Origin: Akkermansia sp.
Lineage (GTDB): Bacteria > Verrucomicrobiota > Verrucomicrobiia > Verrucomicrobiales > Akkermansiaceae
Assembly (NCBI GenBank): GCA_045654325.1
Contig: JAZONE010000101.1
Location: 62,077-126,076 of the forward strand
Reading direction: 5' to 3'
DNA length: 64,000 nt
Position 1 is the first letter of the stretch; every line of letters begins with the position of its first letter. The position numbers were made by a program, and so were the translations under genes. Shown here in pieces: positions 19,409 through 29,976 of this stretch. Under the pieces are notes generated by a model. It saw only the letters and a program-made list of their open reading frames with translations, had not been told where the DNA came from and searched no databases.

Positions 19409-20605
19409 ATGAAGACACGCGCGGAGGAGTTTGCCGAATGGGGGACCGAGGTCGTATTCGGTCGCGCCAGAGGATTTCGCGCGTGGCTGATGCGTTGTCT
19501 GCTCCGCTTTGCCTCACTCTTCTTCTGGATATTGGTGCAGGTTCGTCTGTTCCTGTTCCGCAGACGTATCAAGACGGTTCATTATCTGGGTACCTTTGTG
19601 GTGAGTGTGGGTAACATCACTGCTGGCGGTACCGGCAAGACCCCGGTGGTGGAGCTGCTTTCCCGCAGTCTTGCCTCGAGAGGTCGCAAGTGCGCGATTC
19701 TGACCCGAGGTTACAAGAGTCACGACCTGGACCAACCCCAGGTCTGGCTTGATAAGGACGGAAAACGTGTAAAACATATTCCCAAGATTGCCAGTGATGG
19801 CGTCACCCGTTACCTGAGTCCGCTCTATGCAGGTGACGAGCCATTCATGCTGGCTCGTAATCTGGACAACGTGGCTGTGCTCGTAGACAAAGACCGTGTC
19901 AAATCCGGTATTTTTGCCATCGAGCAGCTGGGGAGCAATACGCTGATTCTTGACGATGGAATGCAGTTCCTGAAGCTCAAGCATGAAATTGATATCGTGC
20001 TGGTAGACTGTGGATTCCCCTTCGGCACCGGAGCCCTGCTGCCGAGAGGCACCATGCGCGAACCCCGTGCGAGTCTCAAGCGTGCCAGTTATATCATTCT
20101 CACCAAGAGCGAGGGTAAACCGCAGGACGAACTCATAGCGACTATCCGTAAATACAACAAGGTCGCTGATATCATTGTGACCAATCATGCTCCCGTTCTT
20201 CTGGAAAACATCTTTACCGGTGAGCAGCTTCCGCTTTCGGCATTGAAAGGCAAATACGTGGCCTGTCTCAGTGGTATTGCTCGTCCGGAGAGCTTTGAGG
20301 GGCTTGTAGAAGCTCTTGGGGCCAATGTTGAAATCCGTCGCAGCTATCCTGACCACTACTGGTTTGATCAGGATGACCTGGATGCTTTTGTGGAGCGTTG
20401 CGCCGAGCGTGCCATGGATATGATTGTGACAACGGAAAAAGATGCCGTACGTTTCCTCCGTCCCGGAGAGATGGATGTACCCATCTACTTCCTGCGTATT
20501 CAGATTGATATTCTGCAGGGGCAGGAGAAGTGGGACGCCATGATTGACCGCATTTGTGGCCTCAGTGAGCCCCAGCCTTCGCCCGAATGGGGCGATGTGT
20601 TGTAA
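19409..20605 (+). CDS. lpxK: Tetraacyldisaccharide 4'-kinase
   Basis: [38 protein letters not shown] and TTEKDAV. Confidence 0.95.
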   Translation: MKTRAEEFAEWGTEVVFGRARGFRAWLMRCLLRFASLFFWILVQVRLFLFRRRIKTVHYLGTFVVSVGNITAGGTGKTPVVELLSRSLASRGRKCAILTRGYKSHDLDQPQVWLDKDGKRVKHIPKIASDGVTRYLSPLYAGDEPFMLARNLDNVAVLVDKDRVKSGIFAIEQLGSNTLILDDGMQFLKLKHEIDIVLVDCGFPFGTGALLPRGTMREPRASLKRASYIILTKSEGKPQDELIATIRKYNKVADIIVTNHAPVLLENIFTGEQLPLSALKGKYVACLSGIARPESFEGLVEALGANVEIRRSYPDHYWFDQDDLDAFVERCAERAMDMIVTTEKDAVRFLRPGEMDVPIYFLRIQIDILQGQEKWDAMIDRICGLSEPQPSPEWGDVL

Positions 20606-20649
20606 GTGTTGTCTCCGACAGGAGAACAGTTGTAACTCTTCAGAAATCA

Positions 20650-20687
20650 AAACAAGCCGCCGGGGTTTTATCCCCCGGCGGCTTGTC
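20650..20687. terminator. Bidirectional terminator between convergent lpxK and serA
   Basis: acaagccgccgggg-ttttat-ccccggcggcttgt inverted repeat. Confidence 0.8.
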
Positions 20688-20709
20688 TGATTTGGCGAAG
20701 CTGGTTCGC

Positions 20710-22278
20710 TTACATTGAAATGGAGAAAGCGAGTTTTGCAGAGATGGTTTTGGCTATAGCCTGAACCTGATCTTCATGCACCGGCATATTGGTTTTGATG
20801 ACTGCCAGAGAATCGCCACTCTTGTGGTCGGTGGGGGCAACGATGTTGTCGATGTTGATACCGGCCAGAGACAGAGCCTGACCAATGGCTGCGACCACGC
20901 CGGGACGGTCTGCGTAGCGGAGTACGAGCGTGTTGCCGGCAAGGGCTGCGTAGAGGTGGTCGAACTCTTCGATTCGGGAAACAACCGGGGTGCCATCCAC
21001 TACCATGCCTCGTACGCTGCTCACAATCTGCTGACCGTCTACCTCCATGTGGATATCGAGAGTCAACGCATCATCGTAGAACTTGTCATCCTTGGGCTCG
21101 CGAGCCTTGTAGACAATGCCATGCTCGCGGAATGAGGTTTCCGCGGCTGCAGGCATGAGTCCGCGTTCTGCTCCGGGAACTGCTCCCTGCAGAATCCACG
21201 GGGTGAACCACTTGCGGTATGAACGCAGGTTGTTGTAGAAAGTGCATTCAATCTTGCGGATGGGCTTGCAGCCGCCCATCTGGTAGCAAAGCTTGCCGAG
21301 CATGGCAGCCAGCTGGAGCTGGGCAGGGTGCAGGCCTGCTGGGCGTTCGGCGTTAATGACGCAGGAGGTGTCGCCGCTCACAAAGTAGTCAATCATCTGA
21401 CGTGCAGCCTGCATGGCGGCATTCTTATTGGCTTCGCGGGTGTTGGCTCCCAGGTGCGGCAGAAGGAGGTCTGCTACATCTGCGCTGGGCTGCATAGCTG
21501 CTGCATCCTTGGGGTGCACGTCGGTGCAGTAAATGATATTCTTGCCGGCGGCTTTGGCAGCACGGATGGCATCTTCATCAACAACGCCGTAGCGGGAGCA
21601 ATTGATGAGCATAGCACCGTCTTTCATCTTGCCGATGAGTTCGGCATTGATGAGATTGCGGGTAGCAGGACCGCCCGGCACATGCAGAGAAATGATATCT
21701 GCCGTGGAGAAGATTTCATCCATCTCGGTGGGGGTAGCACCGATGTTAAGTGCACGCTGCCTGGAAAGGAAGTGATCGTAACCCAGAACTTTGCATTCAA
21801 ATCCCTGAAGGCGCTTGACGAGCAGGCGGCCGATGTTACCGAGACCAAGAATGCCCACGGTCTTGTTGGTAAGCTCACGACCCATGTAGGCCTTTTTGTT
21901 CCACTCCCCGGCGCGGGTTGTCACGTCTGCCGGCACTACGAAACGGTAGGCTGCCAGAATCATGGCGATTACTTCCTCTGCCACCGCGTTGGAATTGGCC
22001 CCGGGGGTATTCATCACATCGATGTTTTTGGTGCGGGCATAAACATAGTCGATGTTGTCGAAGCCAGCTCCGGCACGGATAACACACTTGAGCCCCGGGA
22101 GGGCATCGATGATGGCCTGAGTTACTTTTTCGGAGCGTACGATGATGCCTGCAGCATCAGGGTTGGCGGCCACAAGTTCCTCGATGGGGGTGGAGTCGTT
22201 CTGGACTACGTCGTAGCCGGCGGTACTCAGCGTGGCTGCTGCTGCTTTGTCCAGTTTGGTGGGAATCAGTATTTTCAT
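20710..22278 (-). CDS. serA: D-3-phosphoglycerate dehydrogenase with C-terminal ACT domain
   Basis: RAGAGFDNID, NTPGAN, GLGNIG, PHLGANT, and ACT motif DRPGVVAAIG. Confidence 0.88.
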   Translation of the reverse strand: MKILIPTKLDKAAAATLSTAGYDVVQNDSTPIEELVAANPDAAGIIVRSEKVTQAIIDALPGLKCVIRAGAGFDNIDYVYARTKNIDVMNTPGANSNAVAEEVIAMILAAYRFVVPADVTTRAGEWNKKAYMGRELTNKTVGILGLGNIGRLLVKRLQGFECKVLGYDHFLSRQRALNIGATPTEMDEIFSTADIISLHVPGGPATRNLINAELIGKMKDGAMLINCSRYGVVDEDAIRAAKAAGKNIIYCTDVHPKDAAAMQPSADVADLLLPHLGANTREANKNAAMQAARQMIDYFVSGDTSCVINAERPAGLHPAQLQLAAMLGKLCYQMGGCKPIRKIECTFYNNLRSYRKWFTPWILQGAVPGAERGLMPAAAETSFREHGIVYKAREPKDDKFYDDALTLDIHMEVDGQQIVSSVRGMVVDGTPVVSRIEEFDHLYAALAGNTLVLRYADRPGVVAAIGQALSLAGINIDNIVAPTDHKSGDSLAVIKTNMPVHEDQVQAIAKTISAKLAFSISM

Positions 22279-22299
22279 GAGTATATACGGAGAGATGAA

Positions 22300-23544
22300 T
22301 TAACGTTCAATTTCGTGAGCAAAGAGACCACTGCGGAGTTTGGGTTCAAACCAGGTGGATTTGGGCGGCATGATTTCACCGCTGTCGGCCACGTTGAATA
22401 AGTCATCCATAGTGACCGGGTAGAGGGAGAATGCTACGCCTTCGGCTCCGGCCCGGGACTCAAGCTCAAGAAGACCACGGATGCCGCCAACGAAGTCAAT
22501 TCGTTCGCTGGTGCGGGGGTCTGTTATGCCGAGCACGGGCGCGAGCAGATTGCTCTGGAGAATGGCGCAGTCAAGACTTTCGATGGGATGAGTGGCATTG
22601 AAAGTGCCATCCTTGGCTGTTATGCTGTACCACTTGCCACCCAGGAACATACCGAACTCATGCTTGTGTCGGGGGGCGTGGGGTGCACCGGCAGGAGCGG
22701 GAGTTACCGTGAACTTTTCACCAATGGCAGCCAGAAAATCTGTTTCGCTGTATCCATTCAGGTCAAAGACAACGCGGTTGTAGTCCATGATGAAAAGATC
22801 TTCATCACAGAAGGTAACGGCCATGAGATAGTTAAACTCTTCGTCTCCGGTATAGTCCGGGTGTTCGCTGCGGCGCTTTGCAGAAACTGCTGCGCTGCTG
22901 GCAGTGCGGTGGTGACCATCGGCTATGTAGAGAACCGGCACTTCTGCAAAGCCCTGGCGAATGGATTCGATGGCTTCGTCATCCGTTACAGGCCAGAGCA
23001 GGTGGGTCACGCCGTCTTCGCTGGTGAACTCGTATTCCGGTTTGTGGAACTTAATCCATTCACGAATTGTGGCGGAAATCCCTTCGTGTTTGCGGTATGC
23101 CAGGAAAACCGGCTCGGTCTGGGTGGAGCAGGTGTCGAAATGGTTGATACGGTCGAGTTCTTTTTCCTTGCGGGTCAACTCATGCTTTTTGATGGTGCCG
23201 TCCAGATATTCGTCCACACTGGCGCAGCCGACGATACCTGTCTGCACTCGGCCCCACATCATCTGGCGATAGATGTAGTAGCAAGGTTTCTCTTCGCGCA
23301 TCAGGATGCCTTTGCGCAGGAAATCCTGAAGATTGTCGCGGCTCTTTTCGTAGGTGACAGAATCGTGAATTTCAGCTTCGCTGGTGTCTATATCAGCGCG
23401 GCAGATGTGTAGGTAGGACGATGCATTACCCGCGGCCATGTTGCATGCCTCGGTGTGGTTCATGACATCGTAGGGAAGGCAGGAAACCTGTTCGGCGTAC
23501 TGCCTGGGCGGGCGGATGGCAGCAAAGGGATGTATAGTAGCCAT
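22300..23544 (-). CDS. DUF1015 family protein
   Basis: PYDV, IKKHELTR, YIADGHHR and MPPKSTWFEPKLRSGL; adjacent to serA. Confidence 0.92.
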   Translation of the reverse strand: MATIHPFAAIRPPRQYAEQVSCLPYDVMNHTEACNMAAGNASSYLHICRADIDTSEAEIHDSVTYEKSRDNLQDFLRKGILMREEKPCYYIYRQMMWGRVQTGIVGCASVDEYLDGTIKKHELTRKEKELDRINHFDTCSTQTEPVFLAYRKHEGISATIREWIKFHKPEYEFTSEDGVTHLLWPVTDDEAIESIRQGFAEVPVLYIADGHHRTASSAAVSAKRRSEHPDYTGDEEFNYLMAVTFCDEDLFIMDYNRVVFDLNGYSETDFLAAIGEKFTVTPAPAGAPHAPRHKHEFGMFLGGKWYSITAKDGTFNATHPIESLDCAILQSNLLAPVLGITDPRTSERIDFVGGIRGLLELESRAGAEGVAFSLYPVTMDDLFNVADSGEIMPPKSTWFEPKLRSGLFAHEIER

Positions 23545-23572
23545 ATTTTATCAGGGGGGGTAAATAAATGAA

Positions 23573-24025
23573 TCAGTGGCCGACCTGGGCAATGTGCACG
23601 AGTGCCGCTGCCAGATTTTTGGAGCCATAATATTCTGCAGCAGCCAGACGGTCGGCCTGGGTTTCGAGAATCCGGTTAATCTTCCGTATGGTAGGGAGGT
23701 AACGCTCCTCGTAAAGCTGAATCTCAGCATCAGTCAGCGGGGGGAGATTGGTGAATGCCTGCGTCCATTTCTGGAGCTCGTCTCGTAATCTCATTATCTG
23801 AGGTACAGCAGCTTCTGCGGTGTCGTTGTCCTTGATGGAAGCCATGCACTGACAGAGCGTTCCGAGCATCACGATGCCGCTGCGCAGGCGTTGCTCTCCT
23901 TCGGCCATGCCGGCCTGTTCGCTTGCTTCGGGGGGTGTCTGTGGTGCTTCCTTAACTACATCGGCCTGAGCGGAGGAAAGCCCAAGCACGGCGGTCAGCA
24001 GTAAGGTATAGGGAATTTGCTTCAT
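23573..24025 (-). CDS. Secreted helical hypothetical protein (paralog of upstream gene)
   Basis: Signal peptide MKQIPYTLLLTAVLGLSSAQA; ATGA overlap with the upstream stop. Confidence 0.7.
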   Translation of the reverse strand: MKQIPYTLLLTAVLGLSSAQADVVKEAPQTPPEASEQAGMAEGEQRLRSGIVMLGTLCQCMASIKDNDTAEAAVPQIMRLRDELQKWTQAFTNLPPLTDAEIQLYEERYLPTIRKINRILETQADRLAAAEYYGSKNLAAALVHIAQVGH

Positions 24026-24441
24026 TTCTCTATCATCATGCACATGAGTCGAAAGGCCTGCGACAAAGCGACCGATTGGTAACAACGCGCTTCACGCAGG
24101 CGGGATACCTGTTCATAGAAGCGGCCCCATTCCTCGCGCATGCGCTGGCCGTATGCCTGTTTCACTTGTTCACTCTGGCTCGGAGTGAGCTGCGGCATGT
24201 GGTGCAGTAACTCGCGCGCCTCATATATCGCCGGCAGCTGCTTTCTGAGTTCTTCTGCAGCGGTATCAGCACTTGCCTTATCCTGAGCCTTGCTCAGCAC
24301 TGGTACAAGTTTGCCGGGCAGGGCGGTGTATTCTGTAAAGGCTTTATCCACTGCAGACGGCAGCCCCGTGGCAGGGGCTGCGCATACTGCTGGCGTAATC
24401 AGGCAGATGGCCGTTAAGCCGGTTCTAAGCATGGTTGGCAC
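24022..24441 (-). CDS. Secreted helical hypothetical protein
   Basis: Signal peptide; QDKASADTAAEEL and CYQSVAL motifs resemble the neighbouring gene. Confidence 0.7.
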   Translation of the reverse strand: MPTMLRTGLTAICLITPAVCAAPATGLPSAVDKAFTEYTALPGKLVPVLSKAQDKASADTAAEELRKQLPAIYEARELLHHMPQLTPSQSEQVKQAYGQRMREEWGRFYEQVSRLREARCYQSVALSQAFRLMCMMIEK

Positions 24442-24450
24442 GTTCGTGGA

Positions 24451-25977
24451 TTACTTGTTTTCCGCGGTCGTTTCTGCTGCGGGGGCAGCTTCTCCCTCAG
24501 CCGGGGCATTTTCCTGCGGTGCCTGCTGGGGCTGTTCTACTTCCATGGTGTTTTCGCCTACGTCAGTATCCAGTTCGCGCTGCGCTGCTTCGAGAGCGCT
24601 GTCAATCTGGGCTTCTGCATTTGCCGTGAGGGTATCAAGACTCTTGGTGGCGCGTTCCAGAGCGAGTTTCAGCGAGCTGTTGCCGCGCTTGCGCTTGCGG
24701 ATTTCGTTCTGGATGTCCTTGTACTGCTCCATGAGGGGCTGCTTGTATTCCTGCGGAAGAAGTTCACGTTTCAGACCACGGATGACATCGTAGGCTGCGT
24801 TTTTCTGCAGAAGTTGCTCTGCGCCGTCCAGATCCCCACTAATCATGCTCATGCGAACCTGATCCATGTTGTCCCAGAATTGCGTAAGCAGTGCAGGTAC
24901 TGTGCCGGCCTGCTTGTCGATGGGGCGGTCTTCATTGCGGCGGATGGCGTCCTTCACTTTGTTCACACTGATGCGGAGCATCTTCAGGTTGCGGTTCTGC
25001 GGAATAAACCACACCGTGGCAATGTCGTCGCCATCGTCTTTAAGCTGAGCGGCCAGTTCATTGTACTGGCGTTCATCGAGCTTGTCCATGGCAGTACGCT
25101 TTGCCGGAACCAGACGCTTGCGGGTAGCTTCTTCACGCTCCAGACTCTTTGTCCAGGATTTCTGAAGTTTATAAAGCGTCTTGATGTACTTGTCGTAGGC
25201 GTCCTTGTATTCGGGGATACCTTGATAGCGATCACGCAGAATTTCAAACTTATCAAGCCCTGCCACCTTGCGGCGGCGCTTCTTTTCCTTCATGTCCACC
25301 ACCATGGCTCTGTAGGCAGCTTCGGCATCGCGCACGTACTGGTCACGCTGTTCGAATGTTACCTTATCAAAGCTGTAGTCGGCGGCACCTGCCTTATTGA
25401 ACTCTTCCTGCAATTTGCTGACTTCCAGGGCGAGTTTGTCCATGTCCGGCAGCTGGCGGGTTACGCGGTTCTTGACATTGTTGCACTGGCTTTGCAGGGC
25501 TCGGCTCGGTTTGGTAATCTTGCCGAGAATAGTATCAATGCTGGCGAGTTTTTCGCGGAGTCGCAGCGTGGCGTCCTTTGCTTTTTCCTCGCCCTCGCGC
25601 TGGGCTACGTTGCCATCGGCGATAGGTTCAGCATTTTCTTCAGGTTTTGCATTGCCGGCCGGGGTGGCTGCAGACGTCTCTCCGGCAGCGGCGTCGGGTT
25701 GGGGAGAAGCGGGGTCAGGCGTGGCGGGTGTTTCAGCAGGTTCCTCCTCATCCTTCACGATTTCGCGCATCATGATGATATTGTTGCTCGGAACCTCCTT
25801 GGTAACAATTTTTCCGTTTTTGTCCTTACCTTTGAATTTGGTGGAGGTGCTGCTCTTGTATATGACCGTGCAGTCGGTAAAGCGCTCTGCTGAGGTCAGC
25901 GTAATATTGTACTCCGCAGCCTGAGCGAAAACCGATGCAAGAGCAAGCAACGAAAGAATGAGGGGCGTTTTCTTCAT
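24451..25977 (-). CDS. Secreted coiled-coil hypothetical protein
   Basis: Signal peptide (..VFAQA), small beta domain, Pro/Ala linker and a long charged helical region. Confidence 0.75.
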   Translation of the reverse strand: MKKTPLILSLLALASVFAQAAEYNITLTSAERFTDCTVIYKSSTSTKFKGKDKNGKIVTKEVPSNNIIMMREIVKDEEEPAETPATPDPASPQPDAAAGETSAATPAGNAKPEENAEPIADGNVAQREGEEKAKDATLRLREKLASIDTILGKITKPSRALQSQCNNVKNRVTRQLPDMDKLALEVSKLQEEFNKAGAADYSFDKVTFEQRDQYVRDAEAAYRAMVVDMKEKKRRRKVAGLDKFEILRDRYQGIPEYKDAYDKYIKTLYKLQKSWTKSLEREEATRKRLVPAKRTAMDKLDERQYNELAAQLKDDGDDIATVWFIPQNRNLKMLRISVNKVKDAIRRNEDRPIDKQAGTVPALLTQFWDNMDQVRMSMISGDLDGAEQLLQKNAAYDVIRGLKRELLPQEYKQPLMEQYKDIQNEIRKRKRGNSSLKLALERATKSLDTLTANAEAQIDSALEAAQRELDTDVGENTMEVEQPQQAPQENAPAEGEAAPAAETTAENK

Positions 25978-26074
25978 GTTTCGTATAATGTGGGAAAGAA
26001 GTTTCTAACCTTATACTACCACATGAGTCTGGTTCTGGCAAACATCAAATGTGCGATTGACGAGAAAACCTGCT

Positions 26075-26110
26075 AAAAAAAGCGCTTTCTTCGGGAGAAA
26101 GCGCTGAAAA
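26075..26110. terminator. Terminator downstream of pyrD
   Basis: aaaaaaa-agcgctttct-tcgg-gagaaagcgct inverted repeat. Confidence 0.7.
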
Positions 26111-26132
26111 ATTAAGACAGGATGGGGAGGAA

Positions 26133-27173
26133 TCAGAGCGGGCACTGCTCTTTGATGGCACGCGCGGCGGCGTGAACCAGGGGAGGACCGTTGTATATGA
26201 AGCCGCTGTACAGCTGCACCAGGGATGCACCTGCCTTGATTTTCCTGACGGCTTCGTCGGCGGTGGTGATGCCACCCACACCGATAATAGGAATGCTGCC
26301 CTGCAGTTCCTTTGCGAAGGCCTCCAGCGTTTCGTTGGCCCGGTCATACAGGGGCTTACCTGACATGCCGCCACTCTGGCTGGCGTGGGGAGAATCTTCC
26401 ACTCCGGCGCGGGTTGTGGTAGTGTTGGTGCAGATGAGACCATCGAGCTGGCAATCCTGGAATACATGTGCGAGATCGCGGATCTGGGCTTCGCTCATAT
26501 CCGGAGAAACCTTCATGACGAGCGGCACATAACGGCCGGTGTCATTTGTCAGATTTGCCTGTTCGCTCTTCATGAGGGAAAGAAGATCTGCTGCGCTGTC
26601 GGCCTTGGCCAGATCCTGCAGGTTCGGTACGTTCGGGCATGAGAAGTTGATGGCGACGTAATCTGCCACGTCCCAGACGGCGCGAAGACAGGCCAGATAA
26701 TCCTGGTGCGCTTCAGTGTTCGGCGTTACCTTGTTCTTGCTGATGTTGACGCCGAGAATGCCATTGAAATGACGAGTGTTACGGATGTTATTCACGCCTT
26801 CGTCCACACCGGGGTTGTTGATTCCCATGTGGTTAATGATTGCCTGCTGAGGAATGCAGCGGAAGAGACGCGGTTTGGGATTGCCGGGTTGCGGCTGGGG
26901 GGTAAGTGTACCTACCTCCACGAAGCCGAATCCGAGATGGCCGAAAGCGGCTACGGTATTTGCTTCTTTGTCCATGCCGGCAGCAAGCCCCACGCGGTTG
27001 GGGAACTTGAGTCCCATCACCGTGACGGGGTCTTCCACGGGTTTGCCCATGATAGCCGGGAGTATGTTCAGGTGTTCGGCTGTGCGAAGACCTGCCAGAG
27101 TGACTTTATGTGCTGTTTCCGGGTCAAGACAGAACAGCATCTTCTTTGCCAGTTGATATAAATAGGGGGACAC
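26133..27173 (-). CDS. pyrD: Dihydroorotate dehydrogenase (quinone)
   Basis: DPETAH, GLAAGMDK, QPGNPKPRLFR, NFSCPN, TNTT, GGMSG and ASLVQLYSG. Confidence 0.95.
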   Translation of the reverse strand: MSPYLYQLAKKMLFCLDPETAHKVTLAGLRTAEHLNILPAIMGKPVEDPVTVMGLKFPNRVGLAAGMDKEANTVAAFGHLGFGFVEVGTLTPQPQPGNPKPRLFRCIPQQAIINHMGINNPGVDEGVNNIRNTRHFNGILGVNISKNKVTPNTEAHQDYLACLRAVWDVADYVAINFSCPNVPNLQDLAKADSAADLLSLMKSEQANLTNDTGRYVPLVMKVSPDMSEAQIRDLAHVFQDCQLDGLICTNTTTTRAGVEDSPHASQSGGMSGKPLYDRANETLEAFAKELQGSIPIIGVGGITTADEAVRKIKAGASLVQLYSGFIYNGPPLVHAAARAIKEQCPL

Positions 27174-27212
27174 GTAATGCTTCAGTTAGTTGATAATGGA
27201 ATCGGGTGCCGC

Positions 27213-28244
27213 TTACATGCGGAAAGTCTTGTCGTAGTTCTTCAGGAACCAGTCTGCAAAGCGCGGAATGGATTCCTCATAATCCCACACGGGAGAATAT
27301 GCCAGCTCTCGCTCCAGCTTGGAGGTGTCGGCGTACATTTCCACTCGCTCGCCCAGATTCAGGGGCGATGCGGGATCCAGCAGCACTTCTGCAGTGCGGC
27401 TCAGAGAGAACTCCATGGCCTGGATGAAGGACAGGAAGGGAACGGGCTTACCGCGGCCCACGTTGTAGAGTGCGAAGTTCACTCCATTTGCGCTGAATGG
27501 CTGGCTTGCCAGTGCTGCATCAAGCCCTTCCATGATGTCATCGATGTAGGTGAAATCGCGGACAATATACCCATTGTTCAGCACGCGGATTTCCGCTCCT
27601 TTCATGATGCGGTGCGCCAGCTGCATGGGGATGGAATCCGGGCGGGCCCAGGGACCGAAAACTGTGAAGAGTCGGAACACCGTGACGGGCATGCCGTATG
27701 CCTTGGCGTAGGAATAGCACAGAAGCTCGGCAGAGCGCTTGGATGCGCCGTACATATTCAGAGGTGTGTCTACATGGTCCTCTTCCTTCAGCGGCGAGGT
27801 GGCGGCATCTGCATAGACGGCTGAGCTGGAGGAGAAGAAGAAATGCTGCACTCCGTTGTGGCGCGCTGCTTCCAGCATGTTGATGGTGCCCGTTACGTTG
27901 GCGTCGTAGAAAGCAGCCGGATTAGTGCGTGCCATGGTGGTGCCGGTCATGGCAGCCAGGTGCAGGATAGTGCTGAATTGTTCCTCCCGGCAGAGGTCAT
28001 CTACAGCTCGTCTGTTCAGAATATCCATGCAGATGAAGCGGAAACCATCGCGCCCCGTCTGTTCTGCTCCGTGGGCTGCCTGTTTGATGTCGATGCCAAG
28101 CAAGGCAAGGCGCTGAGCCTTAAGGCTGATATCCTTGTTGTTGCAGAGATTATCAATGCCCACGACCTTGTAGCCCTGCTCAAGAAGATGGCTTACAGTG
28201 TGGTAGCCAATAAAGCCTGCTGCTCCGGTGACGAGTATTTTCAT
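27213..28244 (-). CDS. NAD-dependent epimerase (UDP-glucuronate 4-epimerase-like)
   Basis: GAAGFIG, SSSAVY, YGASK, FTVFGPWARPD and RDFTYIDD. Confidence 0.9.
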   Translation of the reverse strand: MKILVTGAAGFIGYHTVSHLLEQGYKVVGIDNLCNNKDISLKAQRLALLGIDIKQAAHGAEQTGRDGFRFICMDILNRRAVDDLCREEQFSTILHLAAMTGTTMARTNPAAFYDANVTGTINMLEAARHNGVQHFFFSSSSAVYADAATSPLKEEDHVDTPLNMYGASKRSAELLCYSYAKAYGMPVTVFRLFTVFGPWARPDSIPMQLAHRIMKGAEIRVLNNGYIVRDFTYIDDIMEGLDAALASQPFSANGVNFALYNVGRGKPVPFLSFIQAMEFSLSRTAEVLLDPASPLNLGERVEMYADTSKLERELAYSPVWDYEESIPRFADWFLKNYDKTFRM

Positions 28245-28319
28245 GATGCCGAGTACGCGAGAGTTTGTTTGCCTGTGCGTGCGGTATTATAGTGGATATT
28301 TTTGAAATATCAATCTTTT

Positions 28320-29189
28320 TTATTCTTCTTCCACTACCTGTACCACGCTGCCGATAGCCGGACAACTGAACTCAACAACGTCTCCGGGTTTCAGGTAACG
28401 GGGCGGGTTCATGCCGAGAGCCACGCCACCGGGGGTGCCGGTGGATACGACATCTCCGGGATTCAGCGTCAGGAATTGTGATACGTAGGCGACCAGCTGA
28501 GCCACAGGCATAATCAGTTGTGAGGTGTTGGCCTTCTGTCTGGTTTCTCCGTTCACTTTGAGTTCCAGCTCCAGATTATCCGGGTTGGGAATTTCATCCT
28601 TGGTCACAAACACCGGCCCGAATGGTGCAAAGGTGTCGTAGCTTTTGCCTTTTGTCCACTGACCGCCATGCTCGAGCTGGTAGGAACGCTCGGAATAATC
28701 GCACATCAGCGTGTACCCTACTATAGCCCGGCGTGCTTCGGCCTCGGTAGCCCGGTGCAGGGTGTCGCCTATGACAACTGCCAGTTCAACTTCGTAATCC
28801 AGCTTTTCCGCTCCTTCCGGATTGATTACATAGGAAAGGTCAGATGAGATGGCGGAGGTGGCTTTCAGAAAGAGAGAAGGCTCGGTGGGAATATCGCCGC
28901 TGAACTCCCTGGCGTGGTCGGCGTAGCATTTGCCGAGGCATGCAATAGTGCAGGGCTGTACGTGCAGGGCGCTGGACTGAACAAGTCCTTCCGTATCTAC
29001 CGGAACTCCGTCTGCCGCGCCTTTTGAAATCCATGTCTCGATTTCCTTGCGCAGCTTTTTGCCGCCAGGCAGCATGGCCGCCCAGAGCTGGTCATCCTGT
29101 GCGGTCACATCGATGAAGCACCCACGCTTCGGAACCCACAGGCCGATAGTGCTCTCGCCCTCTTCGTCTACGTAATATTGAAGTCTCAT
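28320..29189 (-). CDS. Fumarylacetoacetate hydrolase family protein
   Basis: DYEVELAVVIG, GKSYDTFAPFGP and PGDVVSTGTPGGV. Confidence 0.93.
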   Translation of the reverse strand: MRLQYYVDEEGESTIGLWVPKRGCFIDVTAQDDQLWAAMLPGGKKLRKEIETWISKGAADGVPVDTEGLVQSSALHVQPCTIACLGKCYADHAREFSGDIPTEPSLFLKATSAISSDLSYVINPEGAEKLDYEVELAVVIGDTLHRATEAEARRAIVGYTLMCDYSERSYQLEHGGQWTKGKSYDTFAPFGPVFVTKDEIPNPDNLELELKVNGETRQKANTSQLIMPVAQLVAYVSQFLTLNPGDVVSTGTPGGVALGMNPPRYLKPGDVVEFSCPAIGSVVQVVEEE

Positions 29190-29207
29190 AATTCGAAAAT
29201 CAAGGTG

Positions 29208-29870
29208 TTACATGGAATCCCAGCCACTGATGTCATCGGGGATATCATCGAAGTTCGGTAATCCGCGATCATTTGATGGCTCTGGCTGGGGTGCAGTTTC
29301 CGGCTCCTCGGGGCTCTGTTCCGGCTCCGGTTCATATTCAGTTTGTTCTTCTGTAGTATTCGGGGCAGGGGTGGAGTTTTCTGCGTTTCTCTCCATGAGT
29401 TGTTTCAGCCCATCCGGAACGTAGCCTAAATCCAGCTCCTCACCGGAGAGCGTGGAAGCCTGAGGCGCTTCTTCTTCTTCTTCAGGTTCGGCCGCAGCGC
29501 TTATGCTGCGATATCTGAATACCCTGTCCCCCTTGGCTACAACACCAGCGCGGATATCCGCCGCGATGATGTTGTTGCGGGCGTGCTGGGCGGATGATAC
29601 AATGAGATTACCCATGCGTTCTACCGACCCATCGGCCGGGTGGGTGATGAGTACCGTACCTTCCGGGGGCAGTGGGCCAATGATGCGCAGAAGCGCGAAC
29701 TTGTCTCCGGAGAAAACCTGATGAACCGACCCCAGATACAGCGGGGGCGGTGTTTTGGTGGAGGTTTCCTCCGGCTTGTCACTTTGTTCCTGTTCCTGCT
29801 TCAGCTGGGAGCATGAAAATTGAAGTGCACACCCCAGAATCAGCAGAGTAGCGGGCAGAAAGCGTTTCAT
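29208..29870 (-). CDS. Hypothetical lipoprotein with acidic Pro-rich tail
   Basis: Start MKRFLPATLLILGCALQFS-C resembles a lipoprotein signal. Confidence 0.65.
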   Translation of the reverse strand: MKRFLPATLLILGCALQFSCSQLKQEQEQSDKPEETSTKTPPPLYLGSVHQVFSGDKFALLRIIGPLPPEGTVLITHPADGSVERMGNLIVSSAQHARNNIIAADIRAGVVAKGDRVFRYRSISAAAEPEEEEEAPQASTLSGEELDLGYVPDGLKQLMERNAENSTPAPNTTEEQTEYEPEPEQSPEEPETAPQPEPSNDRGLPNFDDIPDDISGWDSM

Positions 29871-29976
29871 GGCTGTATCATAGCATAAGTGACTGCCAGG
29901 GTCAAGTGACAAGATATTCTTGCAAAGAGCAGAAAAGGGTGCTAGAATGCACCCGAACACACCAGACTCACTTCAT

